IMG/VR virus record: IMGVR_UViG_3300032284_001165
Location: 1-62,823 of that record
From: a virus
Lineage: Duplodnaviria > Caudoviricetes
Reading direction: 5' to 3' (one strand)
DNA length: 62,823 nucleotides
Positions 46,742 through 56,029 of the stretch are shown here, in pieces. Within the stretch, counting starts at the first letter, position 1, and the number at the start of each line of letters is the position of its first letter. The notes below the pieces were generated by a model that saw nothing but the letters and a program-made list of their open reading frames with translations, made no database searches and was not told the DNA's origin. The translations under genes and the position numbers were made by a program.

Positions 46742-47443
46742 ATGTCAACATCACTTCGCGTTAACAAGTCTACAACTCCAAACGTAGACTCATATATCTC
46801 TGAAGATGTTCTAGAAGACTCAGACATCTTTATTGAAGAAGATGCAACATCGTCTTCTGATTCATCCTCTATCATCCAATCAGGGTGGGATGCTGCTAGA
46901 AAGTCTGCAGCAAAATCAGGCAAGAAGTTTGCTACTGATTTCCGCTTTGATGAAAATGTACAGCTTGTAAAGTTTATTTCTGCTGAGCCTCTATCCTTTA
47001 TGCAACACTGGGTTAACCGCCCAGGTAAGAAGTCATTTGTTGCTCTTCCTGATGGAGATCCTCTAGTTGAGGTGGGCAGTATTCCATCACAGAAGTATGC
47101 GTTTACTGTTCTAAATCTTTCAGATGAAGAACCACAAGTCCAACTTATGGTTGTTGGCATTCGTCTTTTCAATCAACTTGAAAAGCTCGCTACTGATAAG
47201 AAAACCGGTCCGCTTAATCGTTCTGATATGTACTTCGCAGTAAGTAAATCAGGCACAGGTACTAAAACTGTTTACAGTGCAATGCCTGTTAAAGAGCGTG
47301 ACCTTATTGATGATTGGGATATCGACCCAGTTGCCGCTGCTGAAATGATCAAAACTCTAAAGCCTCTAGGAGCTGAAGCACTTCATGTTTCAACTCGTGC
47401 TGAGCTTGCTGAGATTGCTCGAGAAATCGCATCTGCTAACTAG
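46742..47443 (+). CDS. Single-stranded DNA-binding protein (gp32-like)
   Basis: Aromatic OB-like core (F.QHW, K.GTG.KT.Y), acidic N-terminal tract, high-expression codon bias, upstream of polA. Confidence 0.6.
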   Translation: MSTSLRVNKSTTPNVDSYISEDVLEDSDIFIEEDATSSSDSSSIIQSGWDAARKSAAKSGKKFATDFRFDENVQLVKFISAEPLSFMQHWVNRPGKKSFVALPDGDPLVEVGSIPSQKYAFTVLNLSDEEPQVQLMVVGIRLFNQLEKLATDKKTGPLNRSDMYFAVSKSGTGTKTVYSAMPVKERDLIDDWDIDPVAAAEMIKTLKPLGAEALHVSTRAELAEIAREIASAN

Positions 47444-47457
47444 TACGTCCCACTAAT

Positions 47458-47503
47458 GTTGGGGAGCCGGCTTTTTGTACCTCCTTTCTACCGGCTCCCT
47501 AAC
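47458..47503 (+). other. Hairpin whose loop carries ACCTCCTTTCT (anti-Shine-Dalgarno)
   Basis: Stem gttggggagccgg/ccggctccctaac, 20-nt loop ctttttgtacctcctttcta. Confidence 0.75.
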
Positions 47504-47520
47504 CCTTTATCAGGAGCGCA

Positions 47521-49497
47521 ATGAATATTATTACAACAGAAGAACATCTGTCAGAGATGGTTGACGCCTACCTACAACAAACTGCTTTTGTGTTTGACGT
47601 AGAAACAATGGGTGATCATCGAGGAGATCCTAGACAGAACCAAGTAGTATGGATTGCGCTTGCTACTGAAGGTCGCGTTGATGTTATACCTATGGGCCAT
47701 CCTAATGGAGAGTACGTTAGTACAGAGTACCCATTGCTTCCTTCTGCCCAAGATAGAATTATTAAAGGGTTGCCTTTGCGCCCAATCGACTACAGCAAAG
47801 ATGAGCGCAAAGCTAAAAAGATTTTTACAGAAGGTCCAGACCAACTTAGCCCTGGTGAAGTGTTTAAAGCTTTAAAGCCATTATTCTTTAGTGACCTTCT
47901 CAAGATTGGTCACAACCTTAAGTTTGATTTACAAAGTGTTACTAAATACATAGGTAAACTTCCCGCTCAGCCATACGCCTGTACCCTTAACGCTGCGTTT
48001 ATTTTAGATACCCGCAACCAACGTTCACTTGGTTTAGATGATTGTCTAAAACGGGAATTTAATTACAACATGGTTAAGGGTGTGGGTAAAGAGATTGAGG
48101 CGCATACCTTTGATGATGTAGCAACCTATGCAGCATTAGATGCCGAATGGACTTGGAAGCTTTGGAAGAAGTATGAAGAAGACCTAGATAACTATAATCT
48201 TGAGGGCCTCTTTTTATTAGAGATGGATGTTCTTGAGGTTATCTGTAACATGGAACTTCATGGTGCAGAGATTGATGTTGAGGCTCTTATGAAGCTTAAA
48301 GCTGATCTAGATCTTCAACTTGAAGTTACTAAGGCTAACATCTATAGGTTAGCTGGCAAGGCATTTAATATCAATAGCGTACCTGAAAAACAACGTTTAC
48401 TTTTTTCCGCAAAGAAGGATGGCGGTCGTGGACTCCGACCACGCGTCCTCACTCCGAAGGGCATCAAGAATAGCGAAGCAGGACTATCTACTGCTATCTC
48501 AGACTACTCGGTGTCTGAGCCCGCTCTCAAAGCATTCCAGGGCAAGGATGCTTTAGTTGATGCCCTTCTCAGTTATTCAGACCTCAACAAGTTGCTAACC
48601 ACCTATGTAATTCCGTACTTGGGTGGTGACATCGTTCGTACTACTGCAGGTAAATCTAAGACTTTAGTTAAAAAGAGCTTGTTGCTTCGTGGGCGTATCC
48701 ACACTGACTTTATTCAGTATGGTGCAGAGACCGGTCGTTTTTCTAGTCGTAACCCTAATCTGCAAAACATTCCAAACCCACGTACAGCTAATGGTAAAGC
48801 TATTCGTAATATCTTTATAGCACCGGAAGGGTGTCAGTTAGTTGTAGCAGACTATTCTCAGATTGAACCTCGTGTTATTGCTTCTTTTAGTGGCGATAGA
48901 ATTATGTGTAATGCTTATTTAAATGGAGAAGATCTTTATACAACTGTTGGTGATACCGTTGGTGTAGACCGTGCTGCTGGTAAGGAACTGGTTCTCTCTA
49001 TTGCCTATGGAGTTGGTCCTGAAAAGATTGCTGAAAAGATTGGGTGTACTCCAGCTAGGGCACGTCAACTTTTAGAAAACTTTGATACTAAGTTTCCTTC
49101 AGTAGCCAAGTACAAACGTCGTGTTGTATCTGATAGTCGTAAACGTGGTCCTATACCTCACGCTTTGACTTACCTGGGACGTCGTAGATACCTGCCAGAG
49201 TTGTTGTCTCCTTTGATTAGAGATCGTGCAAGGGCAGAACGTCAGGCATTTAATACAGTTATACAAGGGTCATCAGCTGATTTTATCAAATTAGCTATGG
49301 TTCGTGCACATCGCTTACTACCTGAGGGTGCTCATATGACTTTAACTATTCATGATGAATTAGTTACGGTTGCACCTAAAGAGATTATCAATGAAACAGC
49401 AGCGGCTATCCGCGAGGCTATGGAAGGCATCCAAGCTTTGAACATACCACTCCTGGCAGATGTTAAAATAGTTAATAGATGGGGAGAGGCAAAATAA
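47521..49497 (+). CDS. polA: DNA polymerase family A (3'-5' exonuclease plus polymerase)
   Basis: FDVET, HNLKFD, YAALDA, TGRFSS.NPNLQNIP, ADYSQIE.R, K...L...YG, N..IQGS.AD, IHDE. Confidence 0.97.
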   Translation: MNIITTEEHLSEMVDAYLQQTAFVFDVETMGDHRGDPRQNQVVWIALATEGRVDVIPMGHPNGEYVSTEYPLLPSAQDRIIKGLPLRPIDYSKDERKAKKIFTEGPDQLSPGEVFKALKPLFFSDLLKIGHNLKFDLQSVTKYIGKLPAQPYACTLNAAFILDTRNQRSLGLDDCLKREFNYNMVKGVGKEIEAHTFDDVATYAALDAEWTWKLWKKYEEDLDNYNLEGLFLLEMDVLEVICNMELHGAEIDVEALMKLKADLDLQLEVTKANIYRLAGKAFNINSVPEKQRLLFSAKKDGGRGLRPRVLTPKGIKNSEAGLSTAISDYSVSEPALKAFQGKDALVDALLSYSDLNKLLTTYVIPYLGGDIVRTTAGKSKTLVKKSLLLRGRIHTDFIQYGAETGRFSSRNPNLQNIPNPRTANGKAIRNIFIAPEGCQLVVADYSQIEPRVIASFSGDRIMCNAYLNGEDLYTTVGDTVGVDRAAGKELVLSIAYGVGPEKIAEKIGCTPARARQLLENFDTKFPSVAKYKRRVVSDSRKRGPIPHALTYLGRRRYLPELLSPLIRDRARAERQAFNTVIQGSSADFIKLAMVRAHRLLPEGAHMTLTIHDELVTVAPKEIINETAAAIREAMEGIQALNIPLLADVKIVNRWGEAK

Positions 49498-49940
49498 TGT
49501 TTGGACGTAAACGTAAAAAGAAAAGGATTAGCTTTGAGGTGAAGCGTATACCGCTGCCCATCCTTATGCGTCAAGCTATCTATGATTCTATGCTGGAACC
49601 TTCAGAGGGTATTGCTGAAGCACTAGGATTGTCTCCAGTTTCTGATGAGGTTGCTCTTATGGAAGAGCAAGAAAGTCAAAAACGTTTAGAGAATATTTCT
49701 GTGTTGATTCCATTTATTGAGTCCCATTCAGACATGTCAGCCAGAATCTGTGCAGCTGCATATGCTCTTGGTGACGATGAAGAGGGTTTGTTAAACGAGC
49801 TACTAGGGCAAGAAGGTGCTCTTGATCTTTTAACTGATTTGTTTAAAGTAGTTTGCATTTCTTCTTCTATGTCCTGTGTATCAACCCTTTTAAACTTAGA
49901 ACTAATCGATACGAAAGTTGGTTACTACGATGGCGAATAA
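49497..49940 (+). CDS. Hypothetical protein
   Basis: ATG overlaps the polA stop. Confidence 0.55.
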   Translation: MFGRKRKKKRISFEVKRIPLPILMRQAIYDSMLEPSEGIAEALGLSPVSDEVALMEEQESQKRLENISVLIPFIESHSDMSARICAAAYALGDDEEGLLNELLGQEGALDLLTDLFKVVCISSSMSCVSTLLNLELIDTKVGYYDGE

Positions 49941-50316
49941 AGATTGGTGGGCTAATAAGTTAGGTAGCACTCAACCTGCTAGGCAGTCCCCTCCAACAGG
50001 TCCTAATCCCAATGTACCTTATACACCTCCGGTACAGCAACCTAACGTTAGGGTTGGTTATGACTCAGACAATGATCAATTAGTTACTAAAGCGGTAAGT
50101 GCTAAGACGTCAAACCTCTGTCCTAATTGCAATTCGGGTAACTATTTTGCACCACAGGGTACTCAACGTATGCGTTGCTATGATTGTGGGTATCCAATTG
50201 TTCAACAAGGTTCAGGTCTCGCAAGTTCGGGAGGCAGTGGTCCGGCTACTCCAGCAATACAACGAGGACAAGGCAATGGGTTTAATCCAGGCACAATAGT
50301 AGATAGGATCGGGTAA
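49930..50316 (+). CDS. Zinc-ribbon protein
   Basis: CPNC.S.NY...RCYDCGYP. Confidence 0.65.
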   Translation: MANKDWWANKLGSTQPARQSPPTGPNPNVPYTPPVQQPNVRVGYDSDNDQLVTKAVSAKTSNLCPNCNSGNYFAPQGTQRMRCYDCGYPIVQQGSGLASSGGSGPATPAIQRGQGNGFNPGTIVDRIG

Positions 50317-51377
50317 TGAAAACACTAATTAATTCAGAGGCATTGAAGGTAGCTGCCAATATCAATAAGAAACTTGGTGGCAATACTGTTGTTACTGCTA
50401 ATGAGGTACACATTCCTGATCGAATACCTACGGGATCTTTAACCCTCGATGTTGTTTTAGGTGGGGGTTGGCCTATGAATCGTTGGGTTGAGCTAGTAGG
50501 AGAAGCTTCACATGGTAAGACTGCACTAGCCCTACGTACTATTGCTGCCAACCAACAAAAGAATCCAGAGTTTACTGCAGTATGGATTGCTGCAGAAGAC
50601 TTTGATTCTAAGTATGCAGAATTATGCGGGGTAGACACAAGTCGTGTACTACTCGTAGAGACTAATAGTATGGAGGACGCATTTGATGCGGTTATTCAAT
50701 TCATGGAAAGCAAAGCTATTGATATGGTCGTTATTGATAGCCTTCCCGCTTTGGTTCCTAGTGCGGAAGACGAAAAGCACATGGAAGAATTTACTGTTGG
50801 ACGAGGAGCTTTAATAACCAACAAGTTCTTTCGTAAGGTTATGTCAGCAACTAAAAGAGATTTGATTGAATCAGAACGCCCAGTACTGGGCATGATGATC
50901 AACCAATATCGTATGAAGATCGGCGTAATGCACGGCGATCCACGTACAACCCCGGGAGGTCTTGGCAAAGACTATGCCTACAGCGTTCGTTGCGAAGTAA
51001 AACGTGATGACTGGCTTGAGGTAGGCACCGGACAGGAAAAACGCCGTGTGGGGCAAACTATCCGTGTCCGTACTATAAAGAACAAGACCTACCCGCCACA
51101 ACAGACAGCCTACCTAGACTTCTACTTTGCCGACGGGGGCGTTGTGGATGCTGGGGGATATGATACCGGTAAGGAAATTGTAGCCCTCTCCATCCTAAAT
51201 GGCATCGTAGAACGTCGAGGTGGTTGGATGTACTATAATGATCGTAAGTGGCAAGGAGCTCAAGCCTTGATTGATTCTCTTCGTGAAGAAATTGATCTAA
51301 GGGATGAGCTAACTACTGCGGTCATGAGCACTCTGAAATCTACACCAGTATTAATGCTGAGCCCAGATGAAGAGTGA
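50316..51377 (+). CDS. recA: RecA recombinase
   Basis: IPTGSL.LD..LGGG.P, GEASHGKT, VIDS..ALVP, NQ.R.KIGVM.G.P.TTPGG, KNK. Confidence 0.95.
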   Translation: MKTLINSEALKVAANINKKLGGNTVVTANEVHIPDRIPTGSLTLDVVLGGGWPMNRWVELVGEASHGKTALALRTIAANQQKNPEFTAVWIAAEDFDSKYAELCGVDTSRVLLVETNSMEDAFDAVIQFMESKAIDMVVIDSLPALVPSAEDEKHMEEFTVGRGALITNKFFRKVMSATKRDLIESERPVLGMMINQYRMKIGVMHGDPRTTPGGLGKDYAYSVRCEVKRDDWLEVGTGQEKRRVGQTIRVRTIKNKTYPPQQTAYLDFYFADGGVVDAGGYDTGKEIVALSILNGIVERRGGWMYYNDRKWQGAQALIDSLREEIDLRDELTTAVMSTLKSTPVLMLSPDEE

Positions 51378-51684
51378 AGGACAAAAACAATCCCTAAAAC
51401 ATGAAAAGCGTTTAGAGAAAGTTGCAGGTGGCAAGCGCAACGCCGCCTCCGGTGCTTTTTGGTCTCGTAAAGGAGACGTCAGAACAGACGATCTTCTTAT
51501 CGAACATAAATGGACTGGAAAGAAGCAGGTGACTATTAAGTCAGACGTGCTTCAAAAGATAATAACAGAAGCAGTTCTAGATAGCAGAACACCTGTTCTG
51601 GGATTGCATCTTGACGGTGAGAACTACGTAGTACTCTTGGAGGAGGATTTTTTTGAACTGCGCAATGCAGTAAGAGGAGAGTAG
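51367..51684 (+). CDS. Holliday junction resolvase-like PD-(D/E)xK nuclease
   Basis: HE.R......G.R..ASGA....KGDV.....IEHK. Confidence 0.75.
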   Translation: MKSEGQKQSLKHEKRLEKVAGGKRNAASGAFWSRKGDVRTDDLLIEHKWTGKKQVTIKSDVLQKIITEAVLDSRTPVLGLHLDGENYVVLLEEDFFELRNAVRGE

Positions 51685-52049
51685 TGCGTTACAAAGACGA
51701 CCCCGATTGGGCTTGGAGATATGAAGCCAAGTGTCGTGGAGAAGATACAGAGTTATTCTTCCCTCCACGAGACAAAGCACTCTACAAACCTATTGCAGAT
51801 AAGGCTAAAGCTATTTGTTGGGGCAAGGATGGAAGACCGCCTTGTCCGGTACGGAAAGATTGCCTTAAGGAAGCTATCTTAAATGAAGAATTGCACGGAA
51901 TTTTTGGTGGGTTATCTCATCGAGAGAGAAATGCAGCTGAACGTAAGATGCGTAAACAAGGTTTAACATTAGATGAGTGGCTTAAACAGGAGGACACAGA
52001 TGGCAAAGCAAACAAGCATCCCGAGCAAGGATCTAAAAGCCTTTCTTAG
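51684..52049 (+). CDS. whiB: WhiB-family transcription factor (second copy)
   Basis: A.C...D.ELFFP...AKAIC(WGKDGRPP)CPV...CL..A....E..GIFGG....ER. Confidence 0.85.
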   Translation: MRYKDDPDWAWRYEAKCRGEDTELFFPPRDKALYKPIADKAKAICWGKDGRPPCPVRKDCLKEAILNEELHGIFGGLSHRERNAAERKMRKQGLTLDEWLKQEDTDGKANKHPEQGSKSLS

Positions 52050-52878
52050 TACGAGTAAAAGAGAGTCTCGTTTGATGGGTGCTTTAGAGCGCCATGTATT
52101 ATCTAAGCCATTTGATGAGCGTGATCAATCTTATATACATCCTTCAGATATTATTAAATCTGAATGGTGTGCGTTGGCTCAGTATCATGCTCTAAAAGGA
52201 AACTATGTTGAGACTCGTGATAAGACTACGCTTCGTTTAGCGTCTATCTTTGCAGAAGGCCACACTATCCATGCTAAATGGCAGAACTGGTTTAGAGAGA
52301 TGGGCGTACTTTACGGTCTGTGGCACGGACCTACAGGTAAAGGTTGGGACCTGGCCTCTAACAATGTAGATATTGAAGATGAGTATCTAGAGGTTCCTTT
52401 GCGTAGCGATAAACATATGATGCGTGGACATGCTGACGGTTGGATCAAAGGATTAGGCGATGATTGCTTAATTGAAATTAAATCTATTGGTACGGGCACC
52501 ATTCGTATGGAGATGCCCGCTTTGATGGCACAATATAATAATGATATAGATCAGGTATGGAAAAACATTCGCATACCCCTAAGAACCCATCAACTACAGG
52601 GTCAAATCTATCTACATCTATGTCATCTAATGGTAGAAGATGGTTTGCTTGAAACAGCTCCTAATGAGATTGTTTTTATCTATGAGCTTAAAGCTAACCA
52701 AGAATATAAAGAATTTGTTGTAAAGTATAATCCTGAGTACACAGCAGAGTTGTTTGATAAGGCTCTTGATGTGGCTTGGGCAGTAAACAATAACAGGCCA
52801 CCGCTATGTAATCTTGATTCAGAAAAAGGTTGTAAGCGTTGTGCGCCTTTTCAAGGAGGTAACAATGTCAATATCTAA
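52000..52878 (+). CDS. Cas4/RecB-like exonuclease
   Basis: HPSD...C, G..IH, G.ADG....EIKS, Q.Q.Y, C-terminal C...CKRC.PF; AGGAGG RBS. Confidence 0.8.
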   Translation: MAKQTSIPSKDLKAFLSTSKRESRLMGALERHVLSKPFDERDQSYIHPSDIIKSEWCALAQYHALKGNYVETRDKTTLRLASIFAEGHTIHAKWQNWFREMGVLYGLWHGPTGKGWDLASNNVDIEDEYLEVPLRSDKHMMRGHADGWIKGLGDDCLIEIKSIGTGTIRMEMPALMAQYNNDIDQVWKNIRIPLRTHQLQGQIYLHLCHLMVEDGLLETAPNEIVFIYELKANQEYKEFVVKYNPEYTAELFDKALDVAWAVNNNRPPLCNLDSEKGCKRCAPFQGGNNVNI

Positions 52879-53344
52879 GCACGCACTTAGTGCCCTACAA
52901 GAACTAGGCTTTGCCCTAGCTCCAAAACCTGAATACGAGATCCCTACCCTACCCAGAGATATAACCGATCTAGATGATGAGGGTCTTATGGATCTTTTTG
53001 TTCAGTATACGCAATGGAATGACCACCTAGCAGGTGCTCAGGCTATTGCTGCTATCAATCTACGTGAAGCTGAAACAACTATTAAAAATGCAGAAGCTAC
53101 CGCCATTCTTAAAAATTGGACTGGCAACAAGAAAGATACTGTAGCTGTACTGAAAGCTCAAGGCGCTGCTAGCGAAGAGATGCAAGAGCTTCGTTATGAT
53201 CTGGATACTAAGTATGCTTTTCATGAATTAATTAGAACACGAACAGAAAACATAGAGCGGGATTGCCAGCTAGTTTCACGTGAGCTTACACGTAGAACTT
53301 CTGATGGTGGTCTACGTTCACGTCAACGGAGGTTTGTATCATGA
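52865..53344 (+). CDS. Hypothetical coiled-coil protein
   Basis: AAGGAGG RBS; ends VSRELTRR. Confidence 0.6.
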   Translation: MSISKHALSALQELGFALAPKPEYEIPTLPRDITDLDDEGLMDLFVQYTQWNDHLAGAQAIAAINLREAETTIKNAEATAILKNWTGNKKDTVAVLKAQGAASEEMQELRYDLDTKYAFHELIRTRTENIERDCQLVSRELTRRTSDGGLRSRQRRFVS

Positions 53345-53514
53345 CTTGGGAACAACTCTCATTATTTACAGACGAAGAGTTGGGACTACAAGGTCCCAAA
53401 GAAATTTCAAAAACAGTGGCTTGCTACTGGTGTCAGGGGACGGGTTTGCTTCAGTCAGATGAAGAGTGTCCATGTTTTACTAATACCTGTGAATGTAAGA
53501 ATTGTAAGCAATGA
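53341..53514 (+). CDS. Small Cys-rich protein with N-terminal QLSLF motif (not in ORF track)
   Basis: MTWEQLSLFTDEELG...CYWC.G.G....ECPC....CECKNC; GGAGG RBS; ATGA overlaps at both ends. Confidence 0.75.
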   Translation: MTWEQLSLFTDEELGLQGPKEISKTVACYWCQGTGLLQSDEECPCFTNTCECKNCKQ

Positions 53515-53849
53515 GTAACCCGGCTAAGGCAAAAGGTAGTGGTGCAGAGCGTGCTGTAGTGGCATGGCTTAAGCAATGGTTTCCCTATGCAGATAGAAGA
53601 CTGGCTGGTGCTGCTTTAGATAAAGGGGATATCTCTGGCATTCCTGGAGTAACTATTGAGATTAAAAATCATGCCACTATGAAACTATCTGAATGGTTAA
53701 AAGAACTAGAGACGGAGATGGCAAATGACAATGCCTGGACCGGAGTAGTTATCCATAAGAAAAAAGGAACCACCGATGTAGGCCAATGGTACGCCACAAT
53801 GCCTGCATCAGTGTGGGTTGACCTTCTGGGTAGGGGACTTAAGAATTAG
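53511..53849 (+). CDS. Holliday junction resolvase (Hjc-like)
   Basis: K.KG...ER.V...L......A.R......D.GDI......IE.K. Confidence 0.8.
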   Translation: MSNPAKAKGSGAERAVVAWLKQWFPYADRRLAGAALDKGDISGIPGVTIEIKNHATMKLSEWLKELETEMANDNAWTGVVIHKKKGTTDVGQWYATMPASVWVDLLGRGLKN

Positions 53850-53936
53850 GGTCTTATAGGCGTACTGACGGGCGTTTAAAGGGTATTGTAGGACTAGGTG
53901 GGCGACCTAAAAATCGAACCTAAAGGACTACAAATC

Positions 53937-54215
53937 GTGACTGAAATATCAGAAGACCGTTTCTTGCGTGTCAGCGCAAGTTCCAACGCACAATCCGTGG
54001 GCTCAGCAATTGCCCACGCTCTATATGAAAAGCCTCAGGTGTACCTACGTGCAGTCGGGGCCTCAGCAGTTAACCAGGCAGTAAAGGCTATTGCTATCGC
54101 TAGTGGGTATGTTGCCCCTCGTGGTATGAACCTAAGTTGTCGTCCAGGATTTACTACGGTAGATTCAAGAGACGGGCAAATTAGTGCGATTGTCTTTACA
54201 ATCACTGTAAGTTAA
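53937..54215 (+). CDS. spoVS: SpoVS-family (Alba-like fold) protein
   Basis: LRVS..SN..SV.SAIA...AVGA.AVNQAVKAIAIA.G...P.G..L...P.F......ISAI.F matches the SpoVS signature. Confidence 0.9.
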   Translation: MTEISEDRFLRVSASSNAQSVGSAIAHALYEKPQVYLRAVGASAVNQAVKAIAIASGYVAPRGMNLSCRPGFTTVDSRDGQISAIVFTITVS

Positions 54216-54261
54216 TATATTCTTTGTTATGAGATCTCAAATCTAACAGTTAGGTACCAAC

Positions 54262-54606
54262 ATGGCAAAATCAGATCTAGATGTTGCAGTAGCAGCAGAA
54301 AACACACAGGGTCGTTCATCAATGGGTCGTGGAGGCACAGCCTTCTCTTCACCATCAGCTTCACCTGTTGCAGGAAAATCTATGCCTCGCAATAATAAGC
54401 AAGCTGCTGATCCAGCAGTTGAGGGGCAGAAGGCTCGTGTTAATCGCCCAATCACCGCAGGCGAACGTAATGGAGCAGCACATACAATCATTACTAATAT
54501 CGTAAAGCAAAATGATCCCGCTGCAGGAACAACATTGGCTAACTCGCCAATCATTCCAGCAGTTACAAAGCGTGGCTTTAGCCAAGGTATTGGATCTTCA
54601 TACTAA
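54262..54606 (+). CDS. Hypothetical low-complexity protein
   Basis: High-expression-like codon usage; followed by a hairpin. Confidence 0.6.
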   Translation: MAKSDLDVAVAAENTQGRSSMGRGGTAFSSPSASPVAGKSMPRNNKQAADPAVEGQKARVNRPITAGERNGAAHTIITNIVKQNDPAAGTTLANSPIIPAVTKRGFSQGIGSSY

Positions 54607-54623
54607 TCTAGAGTATAATAAGT

Positions 54624-54651
54624 AGTACGGGGCTTTAATCGGCCCCGTACT
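54624..54651 (+). terminator. Hairpin/terminator
   Basis: agtacggggc-tttaatcg-gccccgtact followed by tat. Confidence 0.6.
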
Positions 54652-54668
54652 TATCAAGGAGGCGCACA

Positions 54669-54908
54669 ATGGGATTAGACTCTCTATATTTAGAGGCTAA
54701 GGAAAGAAACACTTACATTGTAGGTAAGTGTGTTGTTGGTCAATGGGCGTTTGCTTTACCCGAGAATGACCAAGCAGCTTTTACTCAATCATTAAATGAC
54801 GAAGACTTCTCTACGAGAAGTTTATTTACGCTGTATACATCCGCAGGTGCAACATTCGGATTAACATCACTCAAAGAGCATAGAAATGGGAACTGCGCAT
54901 GTCGCTAG
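54669..54908 (+). CDS. Small protein with C...H.R..C.C motif
   Basis: AAGGAGG RBS; coupled to the phosphoesterase gene. Confidence 0.6.
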   Translation: MGLDSLYLEAKERNTYIVGKCVVGQWAFALPENDQAAFTQSLNDEDFSTRSLFTLYTSAGATFGLTSLKEHRNGNCACR

Positions 54909-56029
54909 AAGACGCATATAATACTGCTAAAGCAGACGGGGCTTTAAGCTCTATTGATAAATTACTTAAAGCTAACGGTCTTACTGCAGATGATGTAGGT
55001 AAAATTAGCAAGGTCAGCCTATCAACTAACCCCGATGATACTAAGATTATTCTTTCTCCTAAATGGAGTGAGGGTCCCAAGTGGCAGCCGGTACAACCAG
55101 CAGACCCTGTAGTAATTAACCCAAAGCCAACACCCGCTTTAATCAGCAGCGACTGGAAAGTTGCTGTTGCATTGCCTGATCCACAAATTGGGTACCGCAA
55201 ATATGAGGACGACACATTAGATCCCTTCCACGATGAGGCTGCTATGGACGTAGCACTACAGATTGTGGGATTAGATCATGGTCATCCACTAGACCAAGTA
55301 ATTAACCTCGGGGATTTCTTAGATCTCCCTATGTACGGAACTTATGAACAGGAGACTAACTTTGCACATACTGCGCAACTTGCTATTAATCGCGGATATC
55401 GTTTTCTTGCTGAGCAACGTGCTAACGCCGGAGTGGATGCACGAATTATCCTTTTGGAAGGCAACCATGACAAGCGCCTCAATCGTTTTATCAATACTAA
55501 CGCTGCTGCTGCTTATGGCATAAAGGTAGCGGATATGCCAGATTCCTGGCCTGTTCTTAGCCTACAAAATCTATTACGTTGTGACGAATTAGGAGTGGAG
55601 TTTATTGATGGATACCCTGCTGCAGCTCATTGGATTAATAAGCGTCTTCGTGCTATGCATGGTGACCGTGCTAATTCTAGCGGGTCTACGGCAGCTCAAT
55701 ACGCAAATTCCAACCCTAACATCTCTACCTTATTTGGTCATACGCATCGTATGGAACAGCAAAGTAAGACTGTATTTGATCGTGACCAGGCAATTAAGAG
55801 TGTATCTTTTAGCCCAGGATGCTTATGCCGCGTTGATGGTGCGGTCCCATCTGTAAAAGGCGGGGTTGATGGTAAAGGTCAAGCTCTACAATACTTTGAG
55901 AACTGGCAGCAAGGTGTAAGCGTTATCTTCTTTAAAGACGGGGATGACGATAGCTTCCATTTCGATCAGGTGCATATACACAAGGGTAAAACCATGTACC
56001 GTGGTCAGGAAATTATCTCTAACGTATAG
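54899..56029 (+). CDS. Calcineurin-like metallophosphoesterase
   Basis: PDPQ, GDFLD, GNHD, HGD, GHTHR; C-terminal NWQQG. Confidence 0.88.
   Translation: MSLEDAYNTAKADGALSSIDKLLKANGLTADDVGKISKVSLSTNPDDTKIILSPKWSEGPKWQPVQPADPVVINPKPTPALISSDWKVAVALPDPQIGYRKYEDDTLDPFHDEAAMDVALQIVGLDHGHPLDQVINLGDFLDLPMYGTYEQETNFAHTAQLAINRGYRFLAEQRANAGVDARIILLEGNHDKRLNRFINTNAAAAYGIKVADMPDSWPVLSLQNLLRCDELGVEFIDGYPAAAHWINKRLRAMHGDRANSSGSTAAQYANSNPNISTLFGHTHRMEQQSKTVFDRDQAIKSVSFSPGCLCRVDGAVPSVKGGVDGKGQALQYFENWQQGVSVIFFKDGDDDSFHFDQVHIHKGKTMYRGQEIISNV

Noticed and set aside
52000-52878. Cas4-like gene as evidence of a CRISPR-Cas system
   Set aside because: No cas1/cas2 or array; stand-alone Cas4-like nucleases are common in phage recombination modules
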